Of a stretch of 64,000 bases of DNA, positions 63,801-64,000 are shown one piece after another. The stretch is from a bacterium (lineage in GTDB: Bacteria; Electryoneota; Electryoneia; Electryoneales; Electryoneaceae), in the NCBI GenBank assembly GCA_963669175.1, contig OY769902.1, forward strand, positions 160,001 through 224,000, in the 5' to 3' direction. The notes beneath the pieces are model-generated. The model was not told the DNA's origin, made no database searches, and was given only the letters and a program-made list of their open reading frames with translations. Positions within the stretch are counted from its first letter, which is position 1; each line of letters opens with the position of its first letter. Both the position numbers and the translations under genes were made by a program.

Positions 63801-64000
63801 AGCGATCAGTCAACAGTCGCCAGTAACCGTAACTGGACCATTCCGGCGCCGATCGGACCGAACTTCATGATCGCCCCTTACTGGGATGAACTCCGGACAA
63901 CAAACAATTCTGACATCCTGTACTACCACGATCAGGCGAATGGCCGCTTCATCGTGGAATGGTACGAGGTTACACATGGCACCGGATCGCCCTGTACCTT
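60870..64000 (+). CDS. C25 (gingipain-like) cysteine peptidase precursor, runs off the right edge
   Basis: Hand translation from ATG 60870 (RBS GGAGG): signal peptide, propeptide (GNPAVPV, YPIQVN), WKRQKG, IIGD, GRISV, DVTCYTG, MGDP, then Ig-like domains and GPDRYGY. Confidence 0.88.
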   Translation, partial: MKRFLCTFLLVSLLACSAFSAQLAEQTANNLDAIKVEQRQLRDDGATLVLGIDEPTWSIAGSENNPLEVVEFALSGLLGVEGNPAVPVTGAMFRIPARSGVVVEVIETEYTTYTDVDYAAFYGSGELDELGPPQEIIDQWYPGTLAEAGEPAIFGDFRVSNLLTYPIQVNTARREVRVYNRITVDIRYEGVDETNALEHWPTHISEARLPFYRQFMDWDDEELDEYVLYRGNVVVVMQDDGALWTLLEPWLEWKRQKGWTFEFLTDSDVNWSASSIRSALQDMWDDAEIKYDYIAIIGDDQGSWPVPAGSGGSGTSHGDHLYSCVAGNDNLADVGLGRISVENNTHLTAYEYKVFNYEKEPYMEETDWYLRGAVNRSDNHAGISKIIMLRWWRNIMLGQLGFTQVDTSWGIGNNIARNAINNGVIFYGARGYISTGLQCGDINSLTNDYKTPMVIDVTCYTGNWSGGDGINECYMRAGTAAVPRGGIGGMSMATSATRPDFNHVLSGAAGWALLRLQMPHMGDMMLAAKINGWKNYHGHDDGNLNSFNQWFNQMGDPTVLLYTGLPQEMDADVETEIEVGNNSYAVTVTDDEGPVEGAWVTFYKVDDDEEVIATKVTDENGEVILEIPVRYAGDATLTVTCQHYIPEIIDVEVNNPDARVGYVDVTYLDSGASGTDGDGDGIPEAGETVGLMITAKNFGTGTETGVSITGSVDDEWISDVSGEATINSLPSGGQQLASGVVLIEIESNAQNDWIVNLNLDIESDDGGWSDVLQMTIGAPDFALVDAAVSGTLNPGDTRNIDIDIMNVGADAFSGGTGTLISRDPYVHVINESDTYNGIAVNGSGSGTFSIQAHENALPGYSTTIKLAIDGTNGTTDTVMVPVTVGNRVSTDPAGPDRYGYFAFDNTDTAYEDYVPTYDWVEINPDVNGNDYDGTSFNLSDPSENSDEGTWVELPFTIQYYGHEFDTITVCTNGFIAMSDQSTVASNRNWTIPAPIGPNFMIAPYWDELRTTNNSDILYYHDQANGRFIVEWYEVTHGTGSPCT

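Overview
This is a 64 kb chromosomal segment of a Gram-negative bacterium, most likely an FCB-related candidate lineage (inference from several secreted proteins ending in YPNPFN-type T9SS/FlgD-like C-terminal domains, a PorV/PorQ-like barrel and a gingipain-like C25 protease). Most of it is housekeeping and signalling: hpt, a UDP-glucuronate epimerase, histidine kinases, an HD-GYP protein, cheR/cheY-like genes, tsaE-tsaB, tRNA-Arg(CCG), a yitJ-like gene, lolC/E-lolD and clpC. I found no integrase, transposase, reverse transcriptase, Cas gene or CRISPR array. The unexplained structure is mostly non-coding. (1) A ~480 bp TA-flanked MITE-like element occurs at three loci; its two ends co-vary so they stay perfectly complementary, and its interior is an inverted pair of three-hairpin modules. 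(2) A ~330 bp element upstream of a GC-mosaic surface protein has a perfect 19 bp inverted repeat and four core-swapped 21 bp motifs. (3) A fic gene is bracketed by two sets of direct repeats. (4) An array of eight 23 bp AAAAGG-N9-CCTTTT palindromes precedes a dead-PLD/restriction-reader-like fusion gene. Protein-level oddities are a C25 protease with His replaced by Arg alongside recurrent (E/Q/N)LD junction motifs in secreted proteins, and a His-less hybrid kinase. All calls come from reading the sequence; no searches were run.
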